This document shows, in pieces, positions 25,058 through 28,092 of a stretch of 28,092 bases of DNA; within the stretch, counting starts at the first letter, position 1; each line of letters begins with the position of its first letter. The notes under the pieces are model-generated. The model worked only from the letters and a program-made list of their open reading frames with translations, was not told where the DNA came from and made no database searches. Both the position numbers and the translations under genes were made by a program. The stretch comes from Acholeplasma sp. (GTDB lineage Bacteria > Bacillota_I > Bacilli_A > Acholeplasmatales > UBA5453): the NCBI GenBank assembly GCA_036677365.1, contig JAVBWN010000007.1, forward strand, positions 1 through 28,092, in the 5' to 3' direction.

Positions 25058-26902
25058 ATGTCAAAGACACAAGCATTTAAAACAGAATCTCAAAAGCTTT
25101 TACATTTGATGACACACTCAATCTACACACAAAAAGAAATCTTTTTAAGAGAACTCATATCGAACGCAAGTGACGCGATCGATAAGAGACACTTCTTATC
25201 ACTCACCGATGAAAAGGTACCAAGCGATACGTATAAAATCAGCATTATCCCAAATAAAGATGCGCGTACACTCACCATCACCGATAATGGGATTGGGTTT
25301 ACCGAAGAAGAACTCATCACGAATCTAGGGACCATCGCTCAAAGTGGTTCTAAAGCATTCATTGAAAAACTCGATCAAAATGATACCAACATCATTGGTC
25401 AGTTTGGTGTGGGTTTCTATAGTGCATTTATGGTATCCGATAAAGTTGAAGTCCGTACCAAATCACCATATACAGACAAAGGATATCTTTGGACATCCGA
25501 TGGGGTATCTGAATTTACGGTGGATGAATTGGATAAAGATGTCATCGGCACGGAAATCACTTTATATTTAAAACAAGATATTGAAGACGAAGAAGTTAAA
25601 GAAAGTTTCAGTGACTATTTAGAAGTCTATGAACTCAGATCACTCATTAAGAAATACAGCGACTATGTGCGCTATCCGATCTATTTAGCTGAAGATGTTG
25701 AAAAACCAGTCAACCAAATGACCCCGCTTTGGCAACGTTCTAAAGCGGACATCACCGATGAGGCGTTGAATGGTTTTTACAAACACCAGTTCAACGACTT
25801 CGAAGACCCGATGAAAGTCATTCACATGTCTGTTGAAGGCATGCTTACATTCAATGCGTTGTTATTCATACCTAAAAAACCAGCCTATAACTTCTATAGC
25901 GAAACCTATGAAAAAGGGTTACAACTGTATTCAAAAGGCGTCTTCATTCAAGATAAGAATAAAGATTTGATTGGTGACCACTTTAAATTTGTCAAAGGTG
26001 TCGTAGACTCTTCGGATTTATCTTTAAACATTTCACGCGAACTTTTACAACAAGACAGACAACTTAAGAAGATTGCGAGCGCTATTGAAAAGAAAGTCAA
26101 GAATGAACTTCAAAACTGGTTGGAAAACGATCGAGACAAATACATCGAATTTTATGACATCTATAAGACATCACTCAAATATGGGATCTATCAAAACTTT
26201 GGTTTACATAAAGAACTTCTACAAGACCTCATCTTATTTAAAACCAACCTATCCGATGATTACATCACCTTTAAAGAATACTTAGACCGCAAGAAAACCG
26301 ATCAAAAAGACATTTATTACGCCACAGGTAAATCCAAACAAGCCATCTTAAACTTACCTCAAATGGGCATCTTAAAAGAAAAGGGTTATGAAGTGCTATT
26401 ATTAACCGAAGAAGTCGATGAATTTATGATTCAAATCATGGGTTCATATCAGGATGTTCCATTCAAATCCATTCAATCGAAAGATTTGGATTTGGTCGAT
26501 GAAGAAAAGAAAAAAGACATCAAGAAGAAAGAAAAATCCAATAAATCTTTACTTGAAGCGTTAAAAGAGGTCCTTGGAGATAAAGTATCGGATGTCAAAC
26601 TTTCACAACGTCTAAAAGAAGCCCCAGTTTGCTTGGTTTCTGGTGAAGGGGTATCGCTTGAAATGGAAAAGGTATTAAAGAATGTACCAAACGGCGAAAA
26701 TGTCAAAGCAGAACGTATTTTGGAACTGAACCCAGACCATGAAATCTTCCAAGTGTTACAAGGATTAGCGGAAGATAAAGAAGCACTCAAGTCTTACGCA
26801 ACCCTCTTGTATCACCAAGCGTTATTGATTGAAGGCTTACCAATTGAAGACCCATCCGAATACATTCAAGTCTTGAACGACTGGATGATTCACAAAAAGT
26901 AA
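25058..26902 (+). CDS. htpG: Molecular chaperone HtpG (Hsp90)
   Basis: KEIFLRELISNASDA, DNGIG, NLGTIAQSG, IGQFGVGFYS, LNISRELLQ; start ATG 25058 after GGAGG. Confidence 0.97.
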   Translation: MSKTQAFKTESQKLLHLMTHSIYTQKEIFLRELISNASDAIDKRHFLSLTDEKVPSDTYKISIIPNKDARTLTITDNGIGFTEEELITNLGTIAQSGSKAFIEKLDQNDTNIIGQFGVGFYSAFMVSDKVEVRTKSPYTDKGYLWTSDGVSEFTVDELDKDVIGTEITLYLKQDIEDEEVKESFSDYLEVYELRSLIKKYSDYVRYPIYLAEDVEKPVNQMTPLWQRSKADITDEALNGFYKHQFNDFEDPMKVIHMSVEGMLTFNALLFIPKKPAYNFYSETYEKGLQLYSKGVFIQDKNKDLIGDHFKFVKGVVDSSDLSLNISRELLQQDRQLKKIASAIEKKVKNELQNWLENDRDKYIEFYDIYKTSLKYGIYQNFGLHKELLQDLILFKTNLSDDYITFKEYLDRKKTDQKDIYYATGKSKQAILNLPQMGILKEKGYEVLLLTEEVDEFMIQIMGSYQDVPFKSIQSKDLDLVDEEKKKDIKKKEKSNKSLLEALKEVLGDKVSDVKLSQRLKEAPVCLVSGEGVSLEMEKVLKNVPNGENVKAERILELNPDHEIFQVLQGLAEDKEALKSYATLLYHQALLIEGLPIEDPSEYIQVLNDWMIHKK

Positions 26903-26906
26903 CGAT

Positions 26907-26932
26907 AAAGCTCACTTCAGTGGGCTTTTATT
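26907..26932 (+). terminator. Rho-independent terminator of htpG
   Basis: AAAGCTCAC-TTCA-GTGGGCTTT followed by TATT. Confidence 0.8.
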
Positions 26933-27044
26933 CTCATCATCTTATTTTTCCCTTATTTTGGTATCTATCAAGATTTAACAACACAATCAAGAAGTCCCCT
27001 TCCTCTTTAGGTAGCGGGATGAATTGATTTTTTTGTCTTTGATA

Positions 27045-27074
27045 TTGATTATTATATATAAATTATGTTATAAT
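27045..27074 (+). promoter_or_regulatory. Putative IS promoter for tnpA/tnpB
   Basis: TTGATT-18 nt-TATAAT with extended -10 TG; the region is very AT-rich, so chance matches are possible. Confidence 0.5.
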
Positions 27075-27120
27075 ATAAACATAATAACCATTCGGTATAA
27101 TTTGTGAAAGAAGGCTTTTT

Positions 27121-27537
27121 ATAATAAAATTAGACACTAATGCACATTCAGTCTTCATGTTATGGTATCACCTGATATTAGTTACTAAATATAGACGTAA
27201 AGTCTTTACGGATGAAATCTCTATTCGCGCTAAAGATATTTTTGAATATATTGCTATGAATTATCATATTACGCTTATCGAGTGGAATCATGATGCTGAT
27301 CATGTTCATATTCTCTTCAGGAGTCATCCTAAAACGGAATTATCTAAATTCATCAATGCCTACAAATCAGCTTCATCTCGATTTATCAAACAAGAATTTG
27401 AATCAGTTCGTAAACAACTATGGAAGTCCTACTTTTGGAGTCAAAGTTTTTGTCTATTAACTTCGGGTGGTGCGCCTATCGAAGTGATCAAGCAGTATAT
27501 CGAAAGCCAGGGTGAACCGGATGAACAAAGCTTTTAA
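27121..27537 (+). CDS. tnpA: Y1 HUH transposase TnpA (start uncertain: family-like sequence extends upstream of ATG 27157 to ATA codons)
   Basis: LDTNAHSVFMLWYHLILVTKYRR, DHVH (HUH), LWKSYFWSQS, KQYIESQ (catalytic Tyr). Confidence 0.92.
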   Translation: MIKLDTNAHSVFMLWYHLILVTKYRRKVFTDEISIRAKDIFEYIAMNYHITLIEWNHDADHVHILFRSHPKTELSKFINAYKSASSRFIKQEFESVRKQLWKSYFWSQSFCLLTSGGAPIEVIKQYIESQGEPDEQSF

Positions 27538-28092
27538 GTTTCGAATCGATCCAAATGAATCTCAAAAGACTTTAATCCATATGACTCTAGGCCATAATCG
27601 CTTTCTCTGGAATAAGATGTTAGAAGATAAACAGAAACAGTATGAACTCGATAAAACCATGTTATACAATCGTCCTGCACAATATAAAGATACTTATCCA
27701 TTTCTAAAAGACATAGACTCGCTTTCTCTAGCCAATACGCAACTCAATCAAGAAAAAGCTTTTAGAATGTTTTTTAAACGTAAACAAGACTTTCCAAAGT
27801 TTCACTCTAAGAAACAAGACTATGGTTATACAACCAATCGAGTGAATAATAACATTGTTCTATTAAAGGGTTATATCAAACTACCTAAGCTCGGTGAAGT
27901 AAAGATCAAACAACATAGAGCCATACCTAGTGATATGACTTTAAAGAACGTTACGGTATCTAAAACGAGTACAGGTAAGTATTATGTCTCTATCCTATAT
28001 GAATACCAAAAAGAGATTAAGAAAAAAGATGTAAAAGAATCGATTGGATTAGATTTCTCCATGACTCATTTCTATGTGGATCATGAAGGATT
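27521..28092 (+). CDS. tnpB: RNA-guided endonuclease TnpB, N-terminal part (not in the ORF track; open to the window end)
   Basis: Manual translation: MNKAFKFRIDPNESQ...RFLWNKML...YPFLKDIDS...FPKF...IKLPKLG...GKYYVSIL...SIGLDFSM (RuvC-I Asp); overlaps the tnpA end by 17 nt. Confidence 0.92.
   Translation, partial: MNKAFKFRIDPNESQKTLIHMTLGHNRFLWNKMLEDKQKQYELDKTMLYNRPAQYKDTYPFLKDIDSLSLANTQLNQEKAFRMFFKRKQDFPKFHSKKQDYGYTTNRVNNNIVLLKGYIKLPKLGEVKIKQHRAIPSDMTLKNVTVSKTSTGKYYVSILYEYQKEIKKKDVKESIGLDFSMTHFYVDHEG

Larger units (their letters stand above)
26979..28092 (+). mobile_element. IS200/IS605 family element (IS605 group: tnpA + tnpB), running off the window; left boundary approximate
   Basis: Imperfect left-end hairpin TCCCCTTCCT-CTTT-AGGTAGCGGGA (26995-27019), followed by tnpA and an overlapping tnpB. 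Confidence 0.9.

Noticed and set aside
4331..26790. Numerous short antisense or alternate-frame ORFs in the track (e.g. 4331-4549, 7938-8177, 9657-9965, 12892-13293, 15815-16162, 18522-18929, 20282-20536, 26473-26790)
   Set aside because: They are wholly or largely nested in well-supported genes, with no convincing RBS or recognisable motifs; typical shadow ORFs.
1..28092. Composite transposon or island bounded by the two tnpB elements
   Set aside because: IS200/IS605 ends are not inverted repeats, I see no shared end sequence between the two elements, and the interior contains housekeeping-type genes (htpG, patB, mrp).
1..28092. CRISPR array, tRNA or rRNA associated with the TnpB/Cas12f-like genes
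   Set aside because: No regularly spaced direct repeats or tRNA/rRNA signatures were seen; the intergenic regions are short and otherwise explained.

Overview
AT-rich bacterial chromosomal window using the standard code (TGA is a stop, Trp is TGG). Gene style is compatible with an Acholeplasmataceae-like or other low-GC Bacillota organism (inference only). Both ends carry IS200/IS605-type elements that look different from each other. The left end has the 3' part of a tnpB with an atypical RuvC-II, no Zn-finger cysteines and a hairpin-rich omegaRNA/right-end region. The right end has a left-end hairpin, tnpA and the 5' part of a canonical tnpB. Between them lie small membrane and hydrolase genes, a 772-aa membrane-anchored protein (ZU5-like/HFS module plus a papain-like Cys-His-Asp triad) and a GGDEF cyclase preceded by a c-di-GMP-I riboswitch. 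Divergent from the cyclase is a 7-gene Mrp/Mbh-type antiporter operon (E-F-G-DUF4040-B-C-D, no full MrpA) preceded by a structured leader that may be a Na+ riboswitch. Further right are GH17, an MFS efflux pump, CoA-disulfide reductase-rhodanese plus a rhodanese, AraC-GyrI with an apparent internal start, a yybP-ykoY Mn2+ riboswitch controlling a CaCA antiporter, SRPBCC, GNAT, PatB/MalY, a YtcJ-like amidohydrolase and htpG with a CIRCE-like operator. The richest unexplained signal is the 8849-9292 divergent intergenic region. No CRISPR array, tRNA or rRNA was seen. All family calls come from motif recognition by eye; no database searches were run.
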